Shown piece by piece: positions 55,189 through 63,904 of a stretch of DNA of 64,000 nucleotides. The DNA is taken from assembly GCA_001940855.1 (NCBI GenBank), contig MSGS01000026.1:33754-97753 (forward strand). Reading direction: 5' to 3'. The first letter of the stretch is position 1. Each line of letters begins with the position of its first letter. The position numbers and the translations under genes were made by a program. The notes below the pieces were generated by a model. The model made no database searches. It was not told the origin of the DNA and saw nothing but the letters and a program-made list of their open reading frames with translations. This DNA comes from Christensenellaceae bacterium Phil1 (lineage in GTDB: Bacteria > Bacillota > Clostridia > Christensenellales > CAG-138).

Positions 55189-55933
55189 ACCTTTTTATCT
55201 CCACCACCAGCTTGCCCTTTTTGCTTTGGCCCGATACGGCGGAGAATATGAACCTTCCGAACCCGCGCACGGAGATTATGTCCCCCTCTTTTGGCGCAGC
55301 GGAAGGGCCCTTTGCAAGCGCGCCGTTCACGAACACGCGCTCCGCCGTGAAAAGCTCCGCCGCATCGCCGCGGGAAAGGCGGAACGCCTGCGCGATCAAT
55401 GCATCAAGGCGAAGGCTTGATACGCGCACAATGCTCTCCTCCGCACGGAAAAGCTCACCTTCCGGCACAACCGCGCCCGCGCGGCAGACAACGCTCGTCC
55501 GCCCTACGGTTTCAAGCGTATCCGCAAAGTACGGCGCAAGCGGCGCTTCAACAAATGCATAGGCATGCTTGCCGCGCACTATTATGTCGCCTATCTTTTC
55601 GCGCTCAACGCCCGTGTGCATAAGCGCGCCCAGGAAGTCGCGGTGGGTAAGGTCGGACGCGAACTTCTCGCTCTTTGGTGCAATTTCTATTATGTCTATC
55701 GGGTAGCCTTCCGTGTCGTCTCCCTCCGCGTAGCCAAAGCGCGCCATGCGCCGTTCGCACCCCTCCGCCCCGCCGTAAAGCGAGTACGGCGCAGGCAACG
55801 TGCGGGCTATAGACGCAAGGGCGGATTGCTCGTTCAGCGAAAGAAACCCGCTGTACAGCAAGCAGCCGCGCCCGTCCGCGCGGCGGGAAAGCTCCGCAAA
55901 GCGTTTTTTCAATAATTCCGTATCGTTATTCAT
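55181..55933 (-). CDS. ylmH: YlmH-like RNA-binding S4-domain protein
   Basis: LLKKRFAELSRRADGRGCLLYSGFLSLNEQ plus a C-terminal S4 motif RLDALIAQAFRLSRGDAAELFTAERVFVNG. The start at 55933 is chosen to avoid a 70-nt overlap, but its SD is weak. Confidence 0.7.
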   Translation of the reverse strand: MNNDTELLKKRFAELSRRADGRGCLLYSGFLSLNEQSALASIARTLPAPYSLYGGAEGCERRMARFGYAEGDDTEGYPIDIIEIAPKSEKFASDLTHRDFLGALMHTGVEREKIGDIIVRGKHAYAFVEAPLAPYFADTLETVGRTSVVCRAGAVVPEGELFRAEESIVRVSSLRLDALIAQAFRLSRGDAAELFTAERVFVNGALAKGPSAAPKEGDIISVRGFGRFIFSAVSGQSKKGKLVVEIKRYV

Positions 55934-55940
55934 GAATGCG

Positions 55941-56522
55941 TTATTGCTGCTCCCGCTCGAACTCCACCTTATATGCCCCAACCACCTGCTTACATGGTAT
56001 TGCGGCGGCATTGGTCACGGAGAACATCTGCCGCGGGTAAAGCACCTGCGGCTCGGTCGGAAAAACGGGTACTGATTTGCCCGTGCTTTGGCCGCTTGTG
56101 CCGGTTTTTGTGAGCCACTTGAAGGTGCAATCGCAGAATTCCTTGGGAGAGTCTATCCTTTCCGCAGGGCACAGCACATAATCAAGCGCGCGCGGATAAT
56201 AGCAGCCGGCGCTGTCCTTTTCCGCAGGGCAGCCGCCATGTATGCCGACCCCCGTGAAGCTTATGCGCAGCATGTCCGTTTCAAACGCAACGGTTTCGCC
56301 CTCCCGTGTGAAGCTCCCATCCACCCATGCGCCTATGTTTATCCAGCCGCGTGTGCCGTCCTGCGCCTCCACGGCGGTGTTGAACTCAACGTATGGCGTG
56401 CCGCCGCGTATTTCCGCGTTTATCCTGAGCACGGGCCTGAGCGATTTGAACCCGTGCGGCACCAGCGCGCGGAGCCTATCCTGCTCCACCTCGTATGCCA
56501 TAACGAATTGCTCTATATGCAT
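55941..56522 (-). CDS. Hypothetical protein, divergent from marR
   Basis: 193 aa starting MHIEQFVMAYEVEQDRLRALVPHGF, with SD GGAGG 5 nt upstream of the ATG at 56522. No family recognised with confidence. Confidence 0.5.
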   Translation of the reverse strand: MHIEQFVMAYEVEQDRLRALVPHGFKSLRPVLRINAEIRGGTPYVEFNTAVEAQDGTRGWINIGAWVDGSFTREGETVAFETDMLRISFTGVGIHGGCPAEKDSAGCYYPRALDYVLCPAERIDSPKEFCDCTFKWLTKTGTSGQSTGKSVPVFPTEPQVLYPRQMFSVTNAAAIPCKQVVGAYKVEFEREQQ

Positions 56523-56592
56523 AGCATCCTCCGCAGATTTTCTTTCCTTTATTATATTGCCCGCGCCGCGTCCGCACAACAGGGAATATTGT

Positions 56593-56644
56593 TTAGGTAC
56601 CTTGACAAATTCCGTCAAAGGGTGCAAAATGTCAAGGTACCTAA
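56593..56644. promoter_or_regulatory. Perfect 15-bp inverted repeat; probable MarR operator overlapping divergent promoters
   Basis: TTAGGTACCTTGACA (56593..56607) and its exact reverse complement TGTCAAGGTACCTAA (56630..56644), 22 bp apart. Each arm carries a TTGACA -35 hexamer facing outward. Confidence 0.6.
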
Positions 56645-56667
56645 CAATTATACAAAGGAGCGCACTT

Positions 56668-57120
56668 ATGTATTCATATAATGAAAAGGACACCGTGGGC
56701 AAGCTTGTTTCCAACTTTTGGAAAATAAGCCGCGTGCTCAGGGATACCTACGACGGGCGCGGCAGCCAGCGGCGCGTGCTCACGGTGCTGCTGAAAAGCG
56801 GCGATGTAATAACCCAGTCCGCCCTTACCGAGCGGCTGGACATTCAGCCCGGCTCCGCAAGCGAGGTGCTTGCAAAGCTTGAAGCGGCGGGGCTTATACA
56901 GCGCACCGCCAACGATAAGGACCGCCGCACCATAAACATATCGCTTACGGAAGAAGGCCGCATCGCCGCGCAGGAAGCCTATGCCAAGCGGGACAAGGTG
57001 CGCCATGAGCTGATGAGCAACCTTAACGAAACCGAGCAGGAGGAGCTTTTGAAGCTGCTTGAAAAGCTTACGGCGGACTATTCCGCCCGCTATCCCAAGA
57101 AAAGCAGGGCGAACGCATAA
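56668..57120 (+). CDS. MarR-family transcriptional regulator
   Basis: 150 aa. Winged-HTH LTVLLKSGDVITQSALTERLDIQPGSASEVLAKLEAAGLIQRTANDKDRRTINISLTEEG. SD AAAGGAG. Confidence 0.85.
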   Translation: MYSYNEKDTVGKLVSNFWKISRVLRDTYDGRGSQRRVLTVLLKSGDVITQSALTERLDIQPGSASEVLAKLEAAGLIQRTANDKDRRTINISLTEEGRIAAQEAYAKRDKVRHELMSNLNETEQEELLKLLEKLTADYSARYPKKSRANA

Positions 57121-57121
57121 C

Positions 57122-58840
57122 ATGAAGCTGATATTCGAATATATAAAACGCCATTGGATCTCATTTTTGCTCTCCACAATGTTTTTAACGCTGGAAGCTG
57201 CGGCGGATCTTTTGCAGCCCACGTTCATGTCCTATATTGTGGATAGGGGCATAAAGAACGCGGACGTTGACCGAATTCTGCATTACGGGCTTATAATGCT
57301 CTGCATTGCCGCCGTTGGTGCGGCCGGCGCGCTTATGCGCAACTATTTTTCCGTGCGCACCAGCCAAACCGTTGCGCTTGAGCTAAGGCGCGATATGTAC
57401 CGAAGCGTGCAGCGGCTCTCCCTTGAAAATATAGACGTTTTGCAGCCAGCGGGCATAATAACCCGCATAACAAACGACGTTACGCAGATTCAGGAATTCA
57501 TAAACAGCATGATGCGCATGATGGTCAAGGCGCCCATAACCTGCATAGGCGCGGTGGCGCTGATAATAATGCAAACGCCGCGGCAGGCGCCCGTGCTGAT
57601 AGTTATACTCATAATTGTGGGTTTTCTTATACTGGGCAACGTGAAAATCGGCTATCCGCGCTTTGGGCGGGTGCAGAAAAAGCTTGATGCGCTCAACGCC
57701 GCCGCGCGGGAGTTCCTTTCATCCGTAAGGGTGGTAAAGGCGTTCAATGCCGAAGAAGCGGAGGAAAAGAAGTTCAACGCCGCAAGCGGGGAGCTTGCTG
57801 CCGCCAACACAAGCGCCCTGCATGCAAACGCGCTTTTTAATCCGCTTATCAATTTGGCGGTGAACATGGGCATAGTTGTGCTTTTGTATATTTCCCGCAG
57901 CCAGAACGCCGGCGAGATCGGCAAGCTTATGGCATCGGTAAATTATATGACGCAGGTGCTTTTCGCCCTTACAAGAATTGCCAACGTTATAAACGTTGCC
58001 GTGCGCGCAATGGCGTCCTCCGCCCGCATACAGGAGGTTTTTGACGAAAAGCCCGCCCAGCCGCGCGCGGAAAGCCCGCTTTCGCCCGAAATACGCGGCA
58101 ACATAAAATTCGATAACGTTTCCTTTGCCTATGCCATAAGCGCAAAGGATTCACTAAGCGGCATAAGCCTGACCGTGCGCGAAGGGGAAACGCTCGGCAT
58201 AATCGGCCCCACGGGCGCGGGCAAAACAACGCTTATAAACCTTATCCCCCGCTTTTACGATGCAACCGAGGGCGCGGTATATATAGACAACTGCAACGTG
58301 AACGACATTGACGAGCATACGCTGCGCGCGGCAGTCGCCGTTGTGCCGCAGAAGGCGCTGCTTTTCAGCGGCACCATACGGGACAATCTCCTTTGGGGCA
58401 AAAGCGACGCGACTGAGGAGGAGCTTGACTCCGCCTGCCGCACGGCCTGCGCGGATGAATTCATAAAGAATACGCCAAACGGCTATGATTCAATACTCGG
58501 TCAGGGCGGCGTGAACCTTTCCGGCGGGCAAAAGCAGCGGCTTTCGCTCACAAGGGCGCTTATACGCACGCCAAAGATACTTATACTGGACGACTGCACG
58601 AGCGCGCTTGACGCCGATACCGAAGCGCGCGTATTAAGCGGAATACGCGAAACCGCGCGGGGCATGAGCGTGCTTTTGATAAGCCAGCGGATTTCAACCG
58701 TTATGAAGGCGGACAGGATACTTTGCCTTGAAAACGGGCTTATGCGCGGCCTTGGCACGCACGATGAGCTGATGCGCATTTGCCCGCTTTACCGCGAAAT
58801 ATACGCTTCTCAGATAGGGGGTGAAGCCGATGGCAACTAA
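57122..58840 (+). CDS. ABC exporter permease/ATPase, subunit 1 of a heterodimer (degenerate-site subunit)
   Basis: Walker A GPTGAGKTT, signature LSGGQKQRLSLTRAL. Walker B is ILILDDCTSALD, with Asp where the catalytic Glu normally sits. Confidence 0.9.
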   Translation: MKLIFEYIKRHWISFLLSTMFLTLEAAADLLQPTFMSYIVDRGIKNADVDRILHYGLIMLCIAAVGAAGALMRNYFSVRTSQTVALELRRDMYRSVQRLSLENIDVLQPAGIITRITNDVTQIQEFINSMMRMMVKAPITCIGAVALIIMQTPRQAPVLIVILIIVGFLILGNVKIGYPRFGRVQKKLDALNAAAREFLSSVRVVKAFNAEEAEEKKFNAASGELAAANTSALHANALFNPLINLAVNMGIVVLLYISRSQNAGEIGKLMASVNYMTQVLFALTRIANVINVAVRAMASSARIQEVFDEKPAQPRAESPLSPEIRGNIKFDNVSFAYAISAKDSLSGISLTVREGETLGIIGPTGAGKTTLINLIPRFYDATEGAVYIDNCNVNDIDEHTLRAAVAVVPQKALLFSGTIRDNLLWGKSDATEEELDSACRTACADEFIKNTPNGYDSILGQGGVNLSGGQKQRLSLTRALIRTPKILILDDCTSALDADTEARVLSGIRETARGMSVLLISQRISTVMKADRILCLENGLMRGLGTHDELMRICPLYREIYASQIGGEADGN

Positions 58841-60638
58841 CGGAGCAACACCGCCGCCGTCCAATTTGAGCGGCATCGCCCGCCCCAGCAAGGGCCTTGT
58901 GGTAGTAAAGCCCAAGGATATGCGCGGCACGCTTATGCGCCTTTGGCAGCTTGTGCGCAAAAAAAGCCGCGGCATGGGGCTTATATTGGTGCTGTCCGCG
59001 CTCAGCAGCGTTGCGGCGGTTATATCCCCGCTCATAACCGGCCGCGCCGTAACGGAGATAAGCGAAGGCAGCGTTGTAACGGGCGCGCTTATCGCGCTTG
59101 TAGCCATGTATGTTTTCGATTGGCTTATGAAGTTCCTTGAAAAATACATAATGGCGTCCATTTCCCCGCGCATAATAGATCACCTCAGGCGGACCTTGTT
59201 CGATAAAATACGCGAACTGCCGCTCAGCTTTTTCGATATGCATCAGCATGGCGAGCTTATGAGCCGCCTTACAAACGACGTGGACAACATAAGCACCACC
59301 ATATCCAATTCGCTTACGCAGCTGCTTATGCATTGCTTCACGGTGATAGGCGTTTTTGTAATGATGATGCTCACAAGCCCGCTGCTCACGCTTATCGCCT
59401 TTGCGGGCGTCGGGCTGATAACGCTGCTTACAAAGGTGGTAACCAAGCGCACAAGGAAGCTTTTTAAGGAACGGCAGCGCGATCTTGGCATACTTAACGG
59501 GCAGATAGAGGAAAGCATATCCGGCCTGAGCGTTGTTAAGGCATTCTGCCGCGAAGAACAGACGCAGGCCGATTTTGACCGGAAGAATGAAAAGCTTTGC
59601 GCCGTGTCCATAAAGGCTCTTGTGTATTCCGGCTGCCTTATGCCCATTACAAACGTTATAAACAACCTTTGCTATCTTTCCGTTTCCGTTTTCAGCGCGC
59701 TTATGTACCTTCGCGGCAGCATAACGGACATTGGGCTTATCACCAGCTTTCTTCTGTATGTGCGCCAGTTCACTCGCCCGTTTATGGAGGTTGCAAACAT
59801 ATATAACAGCTTCCAAACCGCCGTTGCCGGCGCGGAGCGCATGTTTGAAATGCTGGACGAACAAAGCGAGCCAAAGGATGCAGATGATGCGCTGCCCCTT
59901 GAGCGCGTAGATGGCGAAATAGAGTTCGATAACGTATGCTTTGCCTACGGCACCGGCAAGCAGGTGCTAAGCGGCATCTCGCTCAAAATTCCCGCGGGCA
60001 CGCGCGTTGCGATAGTCGGCCCCACGGGCTCCGGCAAAACCACGATAATAAGCCTGCTCACCCGCTTTTATGACGTTACCTCTGGCAGAATACTTCTTGA
60101 CGGGCACGACATACGGGATTACAGGCTGCATGATTTAAGGCGCGCGTTCGGCGTTGTGCTTCAGGATACGGCGCTGTTCGCCCAATCGGTAAAGGACAAC
60201 ATAGCCTACGGCCATGCGGACGCATCGACGGACGACGTTCGCACGGCGGCAGAAATCTGCGGCGCGGATGCGTTCATAGAGCGCCTGCCAAACGCCTACG
60301 ATACCGTACTTGAGCAGGGCGGCGCGGAGCTTTCGCAGGGTGAAAGGCAGCTTATGACGATAGCGCGCGCGGTGCTTACAAATGCGCCCATATTGATACT
60401 GGACGAGGCCACAAGCTCGGTCGATACCGTAACAGAGCAAAAGATACGCCGCGCCATGCTGAAGCTTTGCAGCGGCAGAACGTCCTTCATAATAGCGCAC
60501 CGGCTTTCCACCGTCCGCGATTCGGACGTGATAATACTCATCGAAAACGGCCGCATAGCCGAACAGGGCACGCACGATGAGCTGATGCGCCTGAACGGCA
60601 AATATGCGGACATGTACCGCACGCAAACGGGAAAATAG
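58821..60638 (+). CDS. ABC exporter permease/ATPase, subunit 2 (consensus-site subunit)
   Basis: Walker A GPTGSGKTT, signature LSQGERQLMTIARAV, Walker B ILILDEATSSVD. The start overlaps the subunit 1 stop; the ATG at 58830 is an alternative. Confidence 0.9.
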   Translation: MKPMATNGATPPPSNLSGIARPSKGLVVVKPKDMRGTLMRLWQLVRKKSRGMGLILVLSALSSVAAVISPLITGRAVTEISEGSVVTGALIALVAMYVFDWLMKFLEKYIMASISPRIIDHLRRTLFDKIRELPLSFFDMHQHGELMSRLTNDVDNISTTISNSLTQLLMHCFTVIGVFVMMMLTSPLLTLIAFAGVGLITLLTKVVTKRTRKLFKERQRDLGILNGQIEESISGLSVVKAFCREEQTQADFDRKNEKLCAVSIKALVYSGCLMPITNVINNLCYLSVSVFSALMYLRGSITDIGLITSFLLYVRQFTRPFMEVANIYNSFQTAVAGAERMFEMLDEQSEPKDADDALPLERVDGEIEFDNVCFAYGTGKQVLSGISLKIPAGTRVAIVGPTGSGKTTIISLLTRFYDVTSGRILLDGHDIRDYRLHDLRRAFGVVLQDTALFAQSVKDNIAYGHADASTDDVRTAAEICGADAFIERLPNAYDTVLEQGGAELSQGERQLMTIARAVLTNAPILILDEATSSVDTVTEQKIRRAMLKLCSGRTSFIIAHRLSTVRDSDVIILIENGRIAEQGTHDELMRLNGKYADMYRTQTGK

Positions 60639-60790
60639 CGGGCTTACGCCCGCGGTGAAATTGCGCCCATGCGCAGTGAAATATTGCTTACGCAATGTAA
60701 AATATGGCTCCGCCATGTGAAATCCGCCTATCGGCGGGTGATCGTGGGAGAGTGTGAAGATGTGGGGACGCAGAGCGTCCCCTTGTTTAT
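60638..60790. repeat. Structured intergenic repeat: five tandem hairpin-GTGAAAT units plus a terminal GC hairpin (same family as 3509..3608)
   Basis: Units: gcgggc-ttac-gcccgc+ggtgaaat (60638..60661); tgcgc-ccat-gcgca+gtgaaat (60662..60682); attgc-ttac-gcaat+gtaaaat (60683..60703); atggc-tcc-gccat+gtgaaat (60704..60723); ccgcc-tatc-ggcgg+gtgatcg (60724..60744). The hairpin ggggacgc-aga-gcgtcccc (60764..60782) and TTGTTT follow. Confidence 0.65.
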
Positions 60791-60888
60791 GCCAAAAGTT
60801 TATAAGATGCGTTGTAGGGGCCGTCATTGGCGGCCCGCCAAGACTGTATAAGAGTTTGTAAGGAACGCCAAAAGGCGCCACCATTTAT

Positions 60889-61086
60889 AGGGGAGCTGTC
60901 TGTGAACGACAGTGAACAGACTGAGGGGGAACATCTCGCGGCACTTGGCATCTTTAAGCCATTCCCCTTTCGTCACGGCTATGCCGCGACACTTTCCCCG
61001 CACGCGGGGACAGCTTTTGGATAGTGGTAGCACCCAAAAGGCTCCCCGCACTGGGAGCTGGCACGGCGCAAGCCGTGACTGAGGGG
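60889..61086. repeat. Two copies of the GGGAGCTG-hairpin-CTGAGGGG element (same family as the 22.7 kb tandem units) with further small hairpins between them
   Basis: gggagctg-tctgt..acaga-ctgagggg at 60891..60928 and gggagctg-gcacggc-gcaa-gccgtga-ctgagggg at 61053..61086. Compare gggagagctg-tcac..gtga-ctgagaggg at 22708..22740 and 22811..22844. Confidence 0.55.
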
Positions 61087-61177
61087 TTGAGTTAAACAGC
61101 AAAGCCACTATCCGCACTCACACAAAAAAATAATCCCTCTCCCGCTAAAATTTTGCCAAAAATAATGCGATTATATA

Positions 61178-61206
61178 TTGACAATAATTTTAACCACTGC
61201 TAAAAT
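61178..61206 (+). promoter_or_regulatory. Near-consensus sigma-A promoter of the lacI-family gene
   Basis: TTGACA (61178..61183), a 17-nt spacer, then TAAAAT (61201..61206). Confidence 0.55.
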
Positions 61207-61211
61207 TAAAT

Positions 61212-61239
61212 CCGGAAACGATACCGGAAACGTTGCCGG
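61212..61239. promoter_or_regulatory. Candidate LacI-family operator
   Basis: CCGGAAACGATA followed by the imperfect 16-bp palindrome CCGGAAAC|GTTGCCGG (61224..61239), just downstream of the -10 hexamer. Confidence 0.4.
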
Positions 61240-61290
61240 GTACGGTTCCACTGAATGAAGAGCAGTAAGCACGGAAGAGAGATGTAAGGT

Positions 61291-62301
61291 ATGGTTGCTC
61301 GCATGACGATAAAGGAGATAGCCCGGCTTTCAGGCGTGGGTGTCAGCACCGTATCGCGCGTACTGAACAAGCGGCCGGACGTGAACGAGGATACCCGCGG
61401 GCGCGTTATGGAAGTGATAGAGCGTTACGGCTACGAGCCGAACAGCAACGCAAAGCACCTGAAGCAGCTTTCAACCGACTGCGTTGCGGTAATAGTGCGC
61501 GGGCGGAACAACCTTTTCTTCTCCGGCATACTTGAACTGCTGCAAAAGCGGATAGAGGCCGCGGGGCTCAGGTTTTTGCCCCATTATATAGACGAAAACG
61601 ATGACGAAGCCGCGGCGGCACTGCGCGTATACGCGGAGCGCAAGGTGCGCGGGATAATATTCATGGGCGGATGCCATACGGATAACGGCGCGATGCTCAG
61701 CCGTCTGCCCATCCCCTGCGTATACTCAACCGTTAACGCGGCGGAAGGCTACGCGCCCAATGTATCAAGCGTGAGCGTGGACGATAGGCAGGGCGCGAAG
61801 AAAGCGATTGATTACCTTTTCGACTGCGGGCACGAGAACATGGTGATTCTCAGCGGCGAAACGCAGGGCTGCAACATGGCGCATCAAAGGTATTTGGGCG
61901 TGCTGGACAGCTTTAAGGAGCACGGCAAAACGCTTGAAAGCAGCCGCGTACTTGTTTCACCGTTCTCCTTCTCCTGCGCATATGAAAGGATAAAGGAGTA
62001 CACAGGCCCCGACTATACGGCGATATTCGCCATGTCCGACACAATGGCCATAGGCGCGGCAAGGGCGCTTATGGATTCCGGCAAAAGGGTGCCAGAGGAC
62101 GTATCGGTGATAGGATACGATGGAATTGAGCTTGCGCAGTATTATCACCCCGCGCTTGCCACCATGCGCCAGCCGCAGCAGGAGCTTGCGGACAGGAGCG
62201 TTGAGCTGCTGCTTGAAAGCATGGATACGGACTGCGCACCGAAGCACATTCAGCTTGAGACGGAGCTGATACAGGGCGCGAGCGTAAAGCATATAAGTTA
62301 A
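61291..62301 (+). CDS. LacI-family transcriptional regulator
   Basis: HTH MTIKEIARLSGVGVSTVSRVLN plus a periplasmic-binding-protein-like core. The ATG at 61303 is an equally plausible start. Confidence 0.9.
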   Translation: MVARMTIKEIARLSGVGVSTVSRVLNKRPDVNEDTRGRVMEVIERYGYEPNSNAKHLKQLSTDCVAVIVRGRNNLFFSGILELLQKRIEAAGLRFLPHYIDENDDEAAAALRVYAERKVRGIIFMGGCHTDNGAMLSRLPIPCVYSTVNAAEGYAPNVSSVSVDDRQGAKKAIDYLFDCGHENMVILSGETQGCNMAHQRYLGVLDSFKEHGKTLESSRVLVSPFSFSCAYERIKEYTGPDYTAIFAMSDTMAIGAARALMDSGKRVPEDVSVIGYDGIELAQYYHPALATMRQPQQELADRSVELLLESMDTDCAPKHIQLETELIQGASVKHIS

Positions 62302-62369
62302 ACACGGCATAAGGCGCAAAACGCGCTTTAGCATAAATAAGAACAAATTTATTTTAGGAGGAAACTACA

Positions 62370-63740
62370 ATGAAGAAGGTTCTGGCTATCGTATTGATGC
62401 TGGCCATGGTTCTGTCCGTGGTAGGCTGCCAGGCGAATGACAACGCTAACGTTGAGCCCACTCAGGCTCCCGCGACGAGCGACGTGCCCGCCACCACCGA
62501 GCCGACCGCGGCTCCCGTGGACTCCACCGAACCCGCCGAGGCGAAGGGCTCCGTGTATTATCTCAACTTCAAGCCCGAGGCCGATGCGGCCTGGCAGGCG
62601 CTGGCTAAGGAATACACCGAACTGACCGGCGTGCCCGTGCAGGTTGTTACCGCCGCAAGCGGCACCTATGAGGAAACCCTCACCGCCGAAATGGACAAGA
62701 GCAGCATGCCTACCCTGTTCCAGTGCGGCAACGAAGCAAGCCTTGCCACTTGGGGCGACTATTGCCTGGATCTGAAGGACACCGATGTTTATAAGGAAAT
62801 GAACACCGACGACTTCAACCTTTTCGGCGAGAACGGCGAAGTTTACTGCATCGCTTATTGCTATGAGTCCTATGGTCTTATAGTCAACAAGGCCCTGCTT
62901 GAAAAGGCCGGCCATCAGGTAAGCGAAATCACCAACTTTGAAACCCTTAAGGCTGTTGCTGAGGACATCACCGCCCGCAAGGACGAACTCGGCTTCTCCG
63001 CGTTCTCCAGCGCAGGTCTGGACAGCTCCTCCTCTTGGCGCTTCAGCGGCCATCTGACCAACCTGCCCCTGTTCTATGAGTTCCGTGACGACAACGTAAC
63101 CTCCCAGCCCGCCACCGTTACCGGCAAGTATCTTGACAACTTCAAGAACATCTGGGATCTTTACATCAACAACAGCACCTGCGCGCCCAGCGATCTGCCC
63201 AGCAAGACCGCCGGCGATTCCGAGGCTGAATTTGCTCAGGGCAAGGCCGTGTTCTTCCAGAACGGTTCCTGGGAATACAACACGCTTGTAAACGACCTTG
63301 GCATGAACAAGGACGATCTGACCATGATCCCCATCTACTGCGGTGTAGAGGGTGAAGAAAAGGCCGGCCTGTGCTCCGGCACCGAAAACTGCTGGGCCGT
63401 TAACAGCAAGGCCAGCGAGGATGATATCCAGGCTACTCTGGACTTCATGTACTGGGTAGTAACCAGCGAGAGCGGCACCAAGATGATGGCTGACGAGTTC
63501 GGCCCCTGCCCGTTCAAGAGCGCTGCCGAGCCCGAGAACGTGTTCTGCAAGGCCGCTGCGGATTACGCTGCCGCCGGCAACTACACCGTAACTTGGGACT
63601 TCACTTACACCCCCAACGTGGAAACCTGGCGTGACGGCATCGTTGCCGCTCTGACCCAGTACTCCGCCGGCACCGGCTCCTGGGACGATCTGGTAAACGC
63701 CTACGTCAACGGCTGGGCCGTACAGTATCAGAATCAGTAA
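62370..63740 (+). CDS. Sugar ABC transporter substrate-binding lipoprotein (family 1)
   Basis: Lipoprotein signal MKKVLAIVLMLAMVLSVVGC, a Thr/Pro/Ala-rich linker, then an SBP_bac_1-like body. SD AGGAGGAA. Confidence 0.9.
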   Translation: MKKVLAIVLMLAMVLSVVGCQANDNANVEPTQAPATSDVPATTEPTAAPVDSTEPAEAKGSVYYLNFKPEADAAWQALAKEYTELTGVPVQVVTAASGTYEETLTAEMDKSSMPTLFQCGNEASLATWGDYCLDLKDTDVYKEMNTDDFNLFGENGEVYCIAYCYESYGLIVNKALLEKAGHQVSEITNFETLKAVAEDITARKDELGFSAFSSAGLDSSSSWRFSGHLTNLPLFYEFRDDNVTSQPATVTGKYLDNFKNIWDLYINNSTCAPSDLPSKTAGDSEAEFAQGKAVFFQNGSWEYNTLVNDLGMNKDDLTMIPIYCGVEGEEKAGLCSGTENCWAVNSKASEDDIQATLDFMYWVVTSESGTKMMADEFGPCPFKSAAEPENVFCKAAADYAAAGNYTVTWDFTYTPNVETWRDGIVAALTQYSAGTGSWDDLVNAYVNGWAVQYQNQ

Positions 63741-63762
63741 TCTAATCCATATCAACTTCTTT

Positions 63763-63786
63763 CTGGGCGGGCATTTGCCCGCCCAG
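63763..63786 (+). terminator. GC hairpin after the SBP gene (no clear T-run)
   Basis: ctgggcgggc-attt-gcccgcccag. It may be an attenuating or processing hairpin between the SBP and permease genes. Confidence 0.35.
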
Positions 63787-63904
63787 TCCTGAACCGGAGG
63801 AAAATTTCACTTCTTCGGCTGAGGACTGGAAAAAGCGCACAAAATTATGTATAATCAAAAATAAGGCGGCTCGCCTTATTTCGCTTAATATAAAGGAGGT
63901 CTGT

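Noticed and set aside
60638-60744. The regularly spaced 21-nt units might have been a mini CRISPR array.
   Set aside because: The constant part is only 7 nt (GTGAAAT). The variable parts are self-complementary 13- to 16-nt hairpins, not 30- to 40-nt spacers. There are no cas genes, and the element recurs as a dispersed repeat.
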